Below, one piece after another: positions 50,918 through 60,009 of a stretch of DNA of 64,000 nt; the first letter of the stretch is position 1; every line of letters begins with the position of its first letter. A program made the translations under genes and the position numbers. The stretch is from Vicinamibacterales bacterium (GTDB taxonomy: Bacteria; Acidobacteriota; Vicinamibacteria; Vicinamibacterales; JAMQPK01). Where the stretch lies: assembly GCA_963761975.1 (NCBI GenBank), contig CAVXIR010000004.1, positions 1,155,148-1,219,147 on the forward strand, in the 5' to 3' direction. The notes beneath the pieces are model-generated. The model saw only the letters and a list, made by a program, of their open reading frames with translations, was not told the origin of the DNA and ran no database searches.

Positions 50918-51544
50918 ATGACGGAAACCTCGCGTAAGGTTGTGACAATAGGACTGGTCGCGCTCGGATGGGCGGGAACCACATCGGCTTTCGGCTCCCA
51001 GCCGGAGCTTCCCGCCATCAGGATTCTGGTCAACACAGTACCGGGCGTGCCATCGAACTCCGTATGTCAGTCTGACGGGGGCGTGGTCGAGCTCCTACGG
51101 GCGAAGGTCGAAGCCGCAAGAATCTATGCCGACGCGGGTGTGAGGCTCGTCTGGAGCGATCCATCGCTGACTCTCCCCGTCCTGACCGTGATGATCGTTT
51201 CCAACCCAGATGCCTGGCCCGAAGGAGTTGGAGCGAGTGCGTTGGGTGCAGCGCCCGGGACGGATGAAGGGATGGGGAGACTCGCCTATGCGCTTTACGA
51301 TCGCATAGGGACCGCCGCACAACAATATCGGACCGATGTCGGGAAGTTGCTTGGCTCCGTCATTGCGCACGAGCTTGGCCACATTCTGCTGGCGGGAGGC
51401 TCGCATTCGCCCACGGGAATCATGAGCGATCGCTGGGGTCAGCTTAAGATGGATCTCGTCGCAGAGAGTTTGTTGACGTTCACGAAAGAACAGGCCGAAT
51501 CGATTCGGAAATCAGTCGGAGACATGAATGCGAACCACAAGTAG
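50918..51544 (+). CDS. Small exported protein with HExxH zinc-metalloprotease motif
   Basis: In-frame ATG 50918 gives signal-like MTETSRKVVTIGLVALGWAGTTSAFG. Motif VIAHELGHILL. I recognise no specific family. Confidence 0.5.
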   Translation: MTETSRKVVTIGLVALGWAGTTSAFGSQPELPAIRILVNTVPGVPSNSVCQSDGGVVELLRAKVEAARIYADAGVRLVWSDPSLTLPVLTVMIVSNPDAWPEGVGASALGAAPGTDEGMGRLAYALYDRIGTAAQQYRTDVGKLLGSVIAHELGHILLAGGSHSPTGIMSDRWGQLKMDLVAESLLTFTKEQAESIRKSVGDMNANHK

Positions 51545-51644
51545 AGAACGACTAGCGCTGTGGCTCATCAGCTGAAACCGCGTCTCGATGAGCGAAATAT
51601 CGGGCTTGACAGAAACCGCCACCTGCTGGCACCATCCTCCGCAA

Positions 51645-51663
51645 ATCGATAATCGATATCGAT
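51645..51663. promoter_or_regulatory. Triple ATCGAT motif (ATCGATAATCGATATCGAT), candidate operator
   Basis: Lies 38-56 nt upstream of ATG 51701. A TTGACA hexamer sits at 51606-51611. Confidence 0.5.
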
Positions 51664-51700
51664 AACACAAGGGCTGCCTGGCCTGAAAAGGGAGTCGGTG

Positions 51701-54700
51701 ATGAAACCTTCTGGAAGGACCGCTCCGTCGATTCTGACTGTCGCGCTGATTGTAGCGGTCACCGTGCTCCTGTCGTCTCCCGCGGTCGCACAAGTCGACA
51801 CGGGCACTATCCAAGGCACGGTACACGACGCCACCGGGGCCGTCGTGCCGGCGGCGACAGTCACCCTGCTCCATGTGGACATGGGGGTCTCGTTCCAGAC
51901 CAAGACGAACGACGTCGGGAGCTATCAGTTTCCCTCGGTCCGCATCGGCACCTACACGCTGGTCGCCGAAGCGTCGGGGTTTGCCCCGGTCACACGTGAA
52001 GGCGTCACGCTCAGCATCCAGCAGCGCTACGTCGTCGACTTCACCATGAAGCCGAGCAACGTCGCCGAGACGGTCAACGTCACGGGCGATGCGGTGCCGC
52101 TCCAGACCCAGGAAGCGTCGCTCGGCGGCGTCGTCGGCTCCAAGGCCATCAACGATCTGCCGTTGAACGGCCGCAATTACACGTTCCTCGCGCAGTTGAA
52201 CGCCGGCGTGGTGCAGGCGCAGCAGGACACCCGCGGCATGGGTGGCAACGGCAGCTTCTCCGCGAACGGCCAGAACAGCTTCGCCAACAACTACCTGCTC
52301 GACGGCGTCGACAACAACTCCAACCTCGTGGACTTCGTCAACGGCGCCGGCTACGTCTACCGTCCGTCGGTCGACGCCCTCGAAGAATTCAAGGTGCAGA
52401 CCAGCTCTTACAGCGCCGAACTGGGACGCGCGAGCGGCGCCGTGCTGAACGCCAGCCTGAAGTCAGGTGGCGAAACCTACCGCGGCAACCTGTTCGAGTT
52501 CCACCGCAACTCGGCAATGGACGCTATCAACTTCTTCGACGAATACCAGGGCCTGGACAAGGGCAAGTTCATCCGCAACCAGTTCGGCTTCACGCTCGGC
52601 GGTCCGCTGTCGTTCCTGCGGCGCGGCAACAAGCGAACATTCTTTTTCACCAACTATGAGGGCACCATCGCCCGTCAGGCGGTCACCTCGATATTGCAGA
52701 CGCCGACGGCGCGCATGCAGCAGAGCAATTTTACGGACATGTCGGACCTGATCCGGCTCCAGAGCGGTACGCGCACAGACCGGCTCGGCCGGACGTTCCC
52801 GCTCGGGACGATCTTCGATCCCGCAACGACGCGGCTGATCGCAGCGGGCGCGGTCGACCCCATCACCGGCCGAACCGTCACGGCCGGCGCGGCGGCGTGG
52901 ATTCGCGATCCGCTCGATCCGAGCGGCAACAACCAGATCCCTGCCAGCCGCATGAATCAGAACGCGCTGCGGCTGTTGAAGGAATTTCCCGCCGCGACGA
53001 GGAACGATGTGCTCGCCGGGAACTACGCGGTCAATCCTCTCAGCGAAGACAGCAATCATCAGGGCGACATCCGTATCGACCAGTACATCGACAACGCGAA
53101 CACCATGTTCGGCCGCTTCAGCATCGCCAAGAGCGCCACGCTCGTGCCGGCGCCGTACGGCGGAGTCATCGACGGCTCCCAGTTCGGCGGCGGCGATCAG
53201 ACGGTTGACGTCTACAGCGGCGCGTTGAGCTGGACCCGCATTTACTCGCCGACGCTCGTCAGCGAGACGCGGTTCGGGTATTCGTCGATCAGTCACTCGC
53301 GGCTTCCGCTGAACGCCACCGACACCACCATTGCCCCGCGGTTCGGCCTCAATGTTCCGGATCCGAATTACCCGTACATGGGTGGGCTGCCGTTGTTCAC
53401 CGTCGACGGCATTGGCCAGTTCGGCGTCCCGAATAACCTGCCGAGTATTCAGTACCAGAACACGTATCAGGTCAGCACGACGTTCAGCAAGCTCCAGGGC
53501 AATCACAGCTGGAAGTGGGGCTTCCAGTTCTCGCGCCCGATGACGGAATTCTTCCAGCCGGCCGCGCCGCGAGGAGGATACGGCTACTCCGGGGCCTTCA
53601 CCGACGTTCCTACCACGACCGGCGGCGGGACGGGTATGGCCCAGATGCTGCTGAACCCGATCGCCAGCACGCTGACTGGCTTGCCGAATTGCAGCATGAC
53701 GGCCGCCGTCGCGCCCTGCAGAGCGAACTTCGTGGGCGGGCCGAACTCGGTCAATGTGAACAGAATTCCGGATCCGGTACCGAACGCCGCCTGGCAGGTG
53801 TGGTCGGGCTTCATCGAAGACACCTGGAAGATCTCCCCGAAGATGACGGCGAACCTCGGACTGCGGTACGACTTTCAGCGGAATGCTCCGGCACCCGACG
53901 GCGCGGCAGCGAACCTCCTCGTTGAGCCGACGCCGCGCTTCGTGATGGCGGCGGATCGGTGCCAGCAGGGTCTCTCGCCCTCGTTCCTCGCGCAGCTCGC
54001 CGCCGACCGTATCCCGATCGAATGCGCCGACAGCAACATGCTGGTGACGAGCCAGAAGGACATGTTCGCGCCGCGCCTCGGTCTGTCGTACGCGTTCACA
54101 GACAACTGGGTCGTACGTGCCGGCGGGGGGTTGTTTTATCTGACGAGCGGTACGTCCGGGCGGAACGGCGGCAACAACCTCGTCCACACACAGCTGGTCT
54201 ATCCCTACGCGTACGGCGTCACCATTACCAGCAACACGCCGGGGGCACCCATCATTTACGGCGACGGCAGCCTCGGCACCTTTGAATCGGGCCCTGCCCC
54301 GATAAACATCTCTGATCCAACGAAGTTCAACGCGTTCAACGTTTCGCTCAGCGGCGTTCCGAGCCCGTGGAAGGTTCCCGTGACGACGCAATACAACGTC
54401 ACCGTTCAGCATCAACTGAGCCCGTCACAGTCGGTCTCGGTCGGCTATGTCGGAAGCCAGAGCCGAAATTTTGACCTCGGCTTCAGCGCCTACAACTACA
54501 ACGCACTGAAGGTAATGGCGCCGCCTGGACAGAATGCCAATCTCTTCCGGCAGTTTCCCAATTTCAACGGCATGAATCAGATTCAAAACCTCGGCAAGGC
54601 CGAGTACAACGCGCTGCAGATGACCTACGACAAGCTGTTCACCCAGGGCTTTGCCGCGCGCGCGAACTACACCTTCTCGGAGTGCCGCACTCAGGGTCGG

Positions 54701-55390
54701 CAGGGCCTGGTCAACAACATCGGGGGCTATCGGTCGCTGTGGCTGCTCGGACCCGATTGGGGATTGTGCGATTCCGACGCGCCGCACATCATCAGCGCCA
54801 GCGCCGGCTACGATCTGCCGTTCGGTGCGGGTCACCGGCTTGGCGGCAACGCGACGGGCCTCGTCGATCAGCTGATCAGCGGCTGGCGCGTCAACACCAT
54901 CTTCACGTATCAGAGCGGTCCGCCGTTCACGATTCCGTGTAACGCCGCGACGACGACGGGGCAGGGCTGCAACGCGGTGCTGACAGGTCAGCCGCTGTAC
55001 CGCGAAGACCGCGGCTTCCAGGGATGGCTCAACCCGGCGGCGTTCACCAATCCGCCCGTCGCCACAACCGTGGGGCAGACGGATCTCTCGCCTCTGGGGG
55101 GCGATCCCACGCAGGTGCGAGGTCCCGATTTCAAACGGCTCGATTTGTCCGTGTTCAAGGGATTCCGCGGCAGGGGCAATCAGCGATTCGAGTTCCGCAT
55201 CGAGATCTTCAACCTGACGAACACGCACAACTTCAGCGTACCGGGCTTCTCGGGCGGCGGAGCCGGCCTGCCCCCGCCGCCGGGCGTGCTGGATTTCAGC
55301 AACACGACCAACTTCGGTAAGATCACGGCGCTGCGTCTCGGCCCGAACGATCAGAGGCAGGTTCAGCTTGCGCTGAAATACTATTTCTGA
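51701..55390 (+). CDS. TonB-dependent receptor (CarboxypepD_reg + plug + barrel), intact
   Basis: ATG 51701 follows AAAGGGAG. Signal peptide, AQVDTGTIQGTVHDATGAVVPAATVTL, plug motifs, C-terminal QVQLALKYYF. Confidence 0.9.
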   Translation: MKPSGRTAPSILTVALIVAVTVLLSSPAVAQVDTGTIQGTVHDATGAVVPAATVTLLHVDMGVSFQTKTNDVGSYQFPSVRIGTYTLVAEASGFAPVTREGVTLSIQQRYVVDFTMKPSNVAETVNVTGDAVPLQTQEASLGGVVGSKAINDLPLNGRNYTFLAQLNAGVVQAQQDTRGMGGNGSFSANGQNSFANNYLLDGVDNNSNLVDFVNGAGYVYRPSVDALEEFKVQTSSYSAELGRASGAVLNASLKSGGETYRGNLFEFHRNSAMDAINFFDEYQGLDKGKFIRNQFGFTLGGPLSFLRRGNKRTFFFTNYEGTIARQAVTSILQTPTARMQQSNFTDMSDLIRLQSGTRTDRLGRTFPLGTIFDPATTRLIAAGAVDPITGRTVTAGAAAWIRDPLDPSGNNQIPASRMNQNALRLLKEFPAATRNDVLAGNYAVNPLSEDSNHQGDIRIDQYIDNANTMFGRFSIAKSATLVPAPYGGVIDGSQFGGGDQTVDVYSGALSWTRIYSPTLVSETRFGYSSISHSRLPLNATDTTIAPRFGLNVPDPNYPYMGGLPLFTVDGIGQFGVPNNLPSIQYQNTYQVSTTFSKLQGNHSWKWGFQFSRPMTEFFQPAAPRGGYGYSGAFTDVPTTTGGGTGMAQMLLNPIASTLTGLPNCSMTAAVAPCRANFVGGPNSVNVNRIPDPVPNAAWQVWSGFIEDTWKISPKMTANLGLRYDFQRNAPAPDGAAANLLVEPTPRFVMAADRCQQGLSPSFLAQLAADRIPIECADSNMLVTSQKDMFAPRLGLSYAFTDNWVVRAGGGLFYLTSGTSGRNGGNNLVHTQLVYPYAYGVTITSNTPGAPIIYGDGSLGTFESGPAPINISDPTKFNAFNVSLSGVPSPWKVPVTTQYNVTVQHQLSPSQSVSVGYVGSQSRNFDLGFSAYNYNALKVMAPPGQNANLFRQFPNFNGMNQIQNLGKAEYNALQMTYDKLFTQGFAARANYTFSECRTQGRQGLVNNIGGYRSLWLLGPDWGLCDSDAPHIISASAGYDLPFGAGHRLGGNATGLVDQLISGWRVNTIFTYQSGPPFTIPCNAATTTGQGCNAVLTGQPLYREDRGFQGWLNPAAFTNPPVATTVGQTDLSPLGGDPTQVRGPDFKRLDLSVFKGFRGRGNQRFEFRIEIFNLTNTHNFSVPGFSGGGAGLPPPPGVLDFSNTTNFGKITALRLGPNDQRQVQLALKYYF

Positions 55391-55402
55391 GAGTGTGATC
55401 GG

Positions 55403-55912
55403 ATGCGAATGCTCGCACTGGCACTGTCGGCCGCGTGTGTCGCCACCGCGGCCTGGGGCCAGTCGAAGCCGCAGGACCTTCCCAAAGGCAACGAGGGCAA
55501 CGGCGCGGTCATCGTTGCCGGGAAGGGCAAGTGTCAGACGTGCCACCGCATCCAGGGAGCCGGTTCGCGCCTGGGACCGGATCTGACCGACATTGGCGCG
55601 ACCCGGACCGTCGAGCAGATCCAGGCCTCGTTGCTCGATCCCAACCTCGAGATTCTGCCCGAGAACCGATCCTATCGGGTCGTCACTCGTGACGGCGCAA
55701 CCGTCACCGGTACGCTTCTCAACCACGATACCTTCCAGATCCTGATGCGTGATCAGAAGGAACAGCTGCGCAGCTTCATCAAGTCGGAGCTTCGCGAGTA
55801 CGGCTTCGCAACCGGCTCGCCGATGCCGTCGTTTCGTACGACGCTGCCCCCCGAGGAACTGGCCGACGTCATCTCCTACCTGGCTACGCTGAAAGGAGTC
55901 GTCGCCGAATGA
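55403..55912 (+). CDS. Exported c-type cytochrome (single CxxCH)
   Basis: 169 aa with a signal peptide. GKGKCQTCHRIQGAGSRLGPDLTDIG. The stop overlaps the next start (ATGA at 55909-55912). Confidence 0.8.
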   Translation: MRMLALALSAACVATAAWGQSKPQDLPKGNEGNGAVIVAGKGKCQTCHRIQGAGSRLGPDLTDIGATRTVEQIQASLLDPNLEILPENRSYRVVTRDGATVTGTLLNHDTFQILMRDQKEQLRSFIKSELREYGFATGSPMPSFRTTLPPEELADVISYLATLKGVVAE

Positions 55913-57555
55913 GCGCCCGCCTCTCGATCTCTCTGGCTGTTGTCCTGTTCTTCACCCAGCTCCTGTTGGCTCAGGTCTCCACCGATCGCATCCTGAACGC
56001 GCAAAAAGAGCCGCAGAACTGGCTCACGTACTCGGGCAGCTATCTCAGTCAGCGTTACAGCCAGCTGGCGCAGATCACTCCGGCGAATGCGAAAGACCTC
56101 GAATTGAAGTGGGTCTTCCAGGCACGTTGGCTGGATTATTACCAGGCGACGCCACTCGTGGTCGACGGCATCATGTACACCACGCAGGGCAACGACGTGC
56201 TCGCGTTGGACGCGACAACCGGAAAGATATTCTGGATCTATCCCTATACGCCCGCCGCTGATGCCCGATTCTGTTGCGGACGCATCACGCGCGGTCTGGC
56301 CATTCTCGGCGACACGATCTTTCTGGCCACCGTCGACGCGCATCTCATCGCCATCGACGCCACGACCGGCCGTCCCCGCTGGAACCGTCTCGTCGCCAAC
56401 GCAGCGGCCGGCTACTCCATGACGCTGGCGCCGCTCGTCGTCACGGACAAGGTCATCGTTGGAACCGCAGGCGGCGAGTTCGGCATTCGCGGCTTCATCG
56501 TGGCCTACCATGCCGCGACAGGAAAAGAAGCGTGGCGGTTCAACACGGTGCCGCTGCCGGGCGAGCCCGGACACGAGACCTGGGGCGATGGATGGAAGCA
56601 TGGCGGTGCATCAATCTGGGTGACAGGCTCGTACGATCGCGACACCAACCTGACGTTTTGGGGTGTCGGAAATCCGGGCCCCGACTACAACGCCGAAACC
56701 CGACCCGGGGACAACCTCTACAGCAACTCGGTCGTCGCACTCGATGCCGATACCGGCACCCTGAAATGGCACTACCAGTTCTCGCCGGCGGACGAATTCG
56801 ACTGGGATGCGGTGCAGATTCCGGTGTTGGCGGATCTCTCGTGGCAGGGACAGCCGCGCAAGGTCATGCTCTGGGCCAATCGCAACGGGTTTTTCTACGT
56901 GCTGGATCGGCTCACCGGCGAGTTCCTTCAAGCGACGGCCATCGCGAAACAGAACTGGAACGCCGGGTTCGACAGGAAGGGGCGGCCGATTCGCACTCCG
57001 AACTCAGCTCCGTCGACAGAGGGAGTCTTGATCTACCCCGGCAATCAAGGGGCCACCAACTGGTTCAATCCTTCCTACAGTCCGCGCACGGGGCTTTTCT
57101 ACGTCAATGTCTGGGAGAACACCCATCACATCTTCGCCCGCACGGATCAGCCGTACACGGAAGGTGCGACCTATACGCAGGGGAGGCTCAGCACCAACTA
57201 CCCCGGGCGAGGGATTGCCGCGAACATGCGCGCTGCGCAGCGGCCCAACCTGAGGAAGGAAGAGGAAAACTTCGGCACGGTGCGAGCGTTCGATCCCCAG
57301 ACCGGCAAGTGGAAGTGGGAATACAAGATGAGCGACCTGACCGACGCCGGCATCTTGACGACGGCATCAGACGTCTTGTTCACCGGTGGTCGCGAGGGTT
57401 ACTTTTTCGCCCTCGACGCCCGGACCGGTTCCCTGCTCTGGAAGATCCAATTGGGCGGACCGACACAAAATGGTCCGATGACCTACTCGGTCAACGGCAG
57501 GCAGTACGTGGCGGTCAGCGCGAGCAACTCGCTGTTTGTGTTTGGACTCCCGTGA
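55909..57555 (+). CDS. PQQ-dependent dehydrogenase, methanol/ethanol family (XoxF-like DxD variant)
   Basis: 548 aa with a signal peptide. Vicinal Cys pair FCCG (56272-56277). SPADEFDWDAVQ aligns to MxaF PHDEWDFAGVNQ, with D-W-D at 56800-56808. Confidence 0.85.
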   Translation: MSARLSISLAVVLFFTQLLLAQVSTDRILNAQKEPQNWLTYSGSYLSQRYSQLAQITPANAKDLELKWVFQARWLDYYQATPLVVDGIMYTTQGNDVLALDATTGKIFWIYPYTPAADARFCCGRITRGLAILGDTIFLATVDAHLIAIDATTGRPRWNRLVANAAAGYSMTLAPLVVTDKVIVGTAGGEFGIRGFIVAYHAATGKEAWRFNTVPLPGEPGHETWGDGWKHGGASIWVTGSYDRDTNLTFWGVGNPGPDYNAETRPGDNLYSNSVVALDADTGTLKWHYQFSPADEFDWDAVQIPVLADLSWQGQPRKVMLWANRNGFFYVLDRLTGEFLQATAIAKQNWNAGFDRKGRPIRTPNSAPSTEGVLIYPGNQGATNWFNPSYSPRTGLFYVNVWENTHHIFARTDQPYTEGATYTQGRLSTNYPGRGIAANMRAAQRPNLRKEEENFGTVRAFDPQTGKWKWEYKMSDLTDAGILTTASDVLFTGGREGYFFALDARTGSLLWKIQLGGPTQNGPMTYSVNGRQYVAVSASNSLFVFGLP

Positions 57556-57616
57556 CGATGGACGATGGACGATGGACGATCGACGATGGACGATGGACGA
57601 TGGACGATGGACGACG
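57554..57616. repeat. Direct tandem array of 9 heptads (GACGATG)
   Basis: Seven units are GACGATG, one is GACGATC and one is GACGACG. The TGA stop of the PQQ-ADH (57553-57555) overlaps unit 1, and ATGs of the next gene lie inside the array. Confidence 0.9.
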
Positions 57617-58741
57617 TCAGCGGCGGTTTCGCGAAGTCGTCGTGAATTTCTTCGCGAAGCCACGGGCGCATGCCTCGCTGCGGCTCTGCTGCCGTCGCAT
57701 TCGGTAGCTGCTCAGACGCAACGAGCGCGGAAGGCGGTCATCGTCACTTTTGGCGGAGGGGCTCGGGACGACGAGACCTTCAGGCCGGAGGGCCGGCAGA
57801 ACATTCCGCACCTCCTCGGTGAGTTGCTGCCACAGGCAACCTTCTTCACTCAGGTCGTCAATCGAGGCATTCTGGGCCACTACGTCGCCAATGCCAGCTT
57901 GGCGACGGGCGCGTATGAGACGCTCAACAACTTCGTTGCCGCGCCACCGCAGCACCCGACGGTCTTCGAGTACTTCCGCAAGGACCTGAAGCGACCGTCA
58001 TCGGATGCCTGGGTGATAGCCCCGAGCATGGGCTTCGAGCGCATTGGCGAGAGCTTGCATTCTGCGTACGGACCGGGGCTGGGTGCCAATGTCGTACTGC
58101 CGAAACGCCTGCTGGCGTCGGCGGTGCCTGTGGGCGCGCGGGCTGACTACGAATCGCTGCTGCACGATAACTACGAATCGCCGTTGTACCAGCCGGAAGC
58201 GGCAAACCGTGACATCGAACTGGACCGGTTGACCGGTGTGCTGAAAGTGTCGGTCTCAGACTTTTTATCGAGTGCACGAAATCTGGAAAGTCCTGACGAG
58301 CTTTCGGTGTTCATTGCTCGCAGGCTCATGCGACAGTTCGCGCCCAGTCTGCTGTGGATCACCCTGCACGATATCGACATCGCCCACGCTGGAACCTTCT
58401 CGCTCTACGTCGACGCCATCCGCCGGACCGACCGGCTCTGCGCCGAGATTTGGAAGATGATTCAAAGCGAGGCGGAATACGCCGGCAGGACTTCGTTGTT
58501 CGTGCTCCCGGACTTCGGCAGGGATTCGGATGAGACGCCTGGGGGCAACGGATTTCAACATCATCGGACCGGGGATGCCCGGTCGCGCACGACGTGGATG
58601 TTGGCCCTGGGTCCTGATATTCGTGACAATCTGCTCGTCGATCGCCCGATCGATTCAATGGATCTGGTGCCCACGCTCGGCTCGTACTTCGGGTTTTCGC
58701 CTCAGTTCGCGCAAGGCAGATCCGTTGCCGAGCTTTTCTGA
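57593..58741 (+). CDS. Tat-exported DUF1501-like / alkaline-phosphatase-superfamily protein
   Basis: Twin-arginine signal SRSRREFLREATGACLAAALLP. In-frame ATGs at 57572 and 57593 lie inside the heptad array, so the start is ambiguous. AVIVTFGGGARDDETF and LFVLPDFGRDSDETPGGNGFQHH resemble the DUF1501 metal-site regions. This call is from memory, not a search. Confidence 0.5.
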   Translation: MDDGRWTTSAAVSRSRREFLREATGACLAAALLPSHSVAAQTQRARKAVIVTFGGGARDDETFRPEGRQNIPHLLGELLPQATFFTQVVNRGILGHYVANASLATGAYETLNNFVAAPPQHPTVFEYFRKDLKRPSSDAWVIAPSMGFERIGESLHSAYGPGLGANVVLPKRLLASAVPVGARADYESLLHDNYESPLYQPEAANRDIELDRLTGVLKVSVSDFLSSARNLESPDELSVFIARRLMRQFAPSLLWITLHDIDIAHAGTFSLYVDAIRRTDRLCAEIWKMIQSEAEYAGRTSLFVLPDFGRDSDETPGGNGFQHHRTGDARSRTTWMLALGPDIRDNLLVDRPIDSMDLVPTLGSYFGFSPQFAQGRSVAELF

Positions 58742-58750
58742 CCTGGGGTT

Positions 58751-59962
58751 ATGCAGCCAGCACAACTCATGGCTGAACACTTCGTCGCGTATCCGCCGCT
58801 GGCGCGGCAAGTCGCCATCCGCGGCATTGAGGTGCTGCGCCAGCTGCCCTTGAGCTTCGTGCCTCTCCTGTTGGGCGAGGTCATCGCCTACGATTCGAAG
58901 TTTCCGGCCGAGCGCCAGGAAGTCGACGCCCAGTTTACGTTTATGGCCGCGCTGTCCTTCCAGTCTCGGAAGGAAGTGATGACGCGATTCGAGCGATTGA
59001 GCCTTGCTCGCGAGCTCGAAGAGGTCGATTGGGTCAACCATCCTGGGGAATTCTCGGAACGGTTGTCTGCGCACCTCTGGACGACCAGCCAGATTGCCGA
59101 CTTTCGCATTGCCGCCGTCGACTTTCTGAACGCGGTTCGATCGGCCATTCCTCCACCCGAGCCGGTCGTTGCGCGTCTGAGCATCGTGGTCGTTGGACAA
59201 GGCGCGACCGAGACCAACGATCCGCTGTTTCGCAAGCTGCGCCCACACGGCACCTATTTTTCCCAGGTGGATCCGGCAAATGGATTGCGAATCACCATGC
59301 AGCGCGCAGCGGCGCGAGCGAAGCAGCACCCTCTTGCCTACGCACACTGGTACATCGACGGCGGCACTCCAGCGTCACCGTCTCCAGAGGGAATGGAGCT
59401 GCTGGCGTATCGTCAGCTGGATTCCGTGCGCGACTCAGTGGTTGCGCTATTACGGAACTTGATAAAAGCCGGCGCCGGCACCGAAGCTCGCCGCAGCGCC
59501 TTGATGCAACTCACTCCAGAGGACGTGGGTCTCAAAGGCGACGGGCAAGAGCGGGTCCTCAATCACTTCAAAGTCGCCGTGTTATCAGAAGGGTCGGGCG
59601 TGCAGTTTTTCAGCACGACCTTCGTGCAGTGGGCAGCGCGCGAAGTGTTGCGGCGGGCCCAGCCGGTGACGCTCGTTGCGCGATTTGCTCCGCGATTGAC
59701 CGAGCGCTCCATGAACGAAGCGCTCATGAGCGTGCGAGTATCGCCCGTGCTCGATCCGCAAGGAGCGCTCATCGACGCCGACATGGGCGCTTATTACACC
59801 TGGTTAAACCAGATGCGGCTCACAGGGGCGAGCCAATCGTCTTTTCTCGTCTGGTTCGAAGATCACGCGAAGGCGCTGGTCATTTCGCCTTCGGTCGCTC
59901 GCGGTGTGGAGTCACACGACCCCGTCAATCTGAATCAACTCATCGACATGACAAAAGGCTGA
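58751..59962 (+). CDS. Hypothetical protein, 403 aa, no signal peptide, no recognised domain
   Basis: Long intact ORF whose composition looks like the neighbouring genes. It starts 10 nt after the upstream stop and is probably co-transcribed. Confidence 0.55.
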   Translation: MQPAQLMAEHFVAYPPLARQVAIRGIEVLRQLPLSFVPLLLGEVIAYDSKFPAERQEVDAQFTFMAALSFQSRKEVMTRFERLSLARELEEVDWVNHPGEFSERLSAHLWTTSQIADFRIAAVDFLNAVRSAIPPPEPVVARLSIVVVGQGATETNDPLFRKLRPHGTYFSQVDPANGLRITMQRAAARAKQHPLAYAHWYIDGGTPASPSPEGMELLAYRQLDSVRDSVVALLRNLIKAGAGTEARRSALMQLTPEDVGLKGDGQERVLNHFKVAVLSEGSGVQFFSTTFVQWAAREVLRRAQPVTLVARFAPRLTERSMNEALMSVRVSPVLDPQGALIDADMGAYYTWLNQMRLTGASQSSFLVWFEDHAKALVISPSVARGVESHDPVNLNQLIDMTKG

Positions 59963-59964
59963 TG

Positions 59965-59999
59965 GCCATCTGCCATCTGCCATCTGCCATCTGCCCTGA
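59965..59999. repeat. Direct tandem array (GCCATCT)x4 + GCCCTGA between convergent genes
   Basis: Read directly from the sequence. It begins 3 nt after the TGA at 59960-59962. Confidence 0.85.
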
Positions 60000-60009
60000 C
60001 ATGTATCAC

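Noticed and set aside
57554-57616. Classical on/off phase variation through heptanucleotide slippage
   Set aside because: Every unit carries an ATG, so some unit is always in frame with the downstream CDS. Slippage would not abolish initiation.
57483-57671. Repeat peptides (PSSIVHRPSSIV, WTMDDGRWTMDDG) in several ORFs around 4830-5160 and 57367-57707
   Set aside because: These are translations of the heptad DNA arrays in arbitrary frames. They are not evidence for repeat proteins, except where the array lies in-frame inside the DUF1592 gene or at the N-terminus of the 57593 gene.
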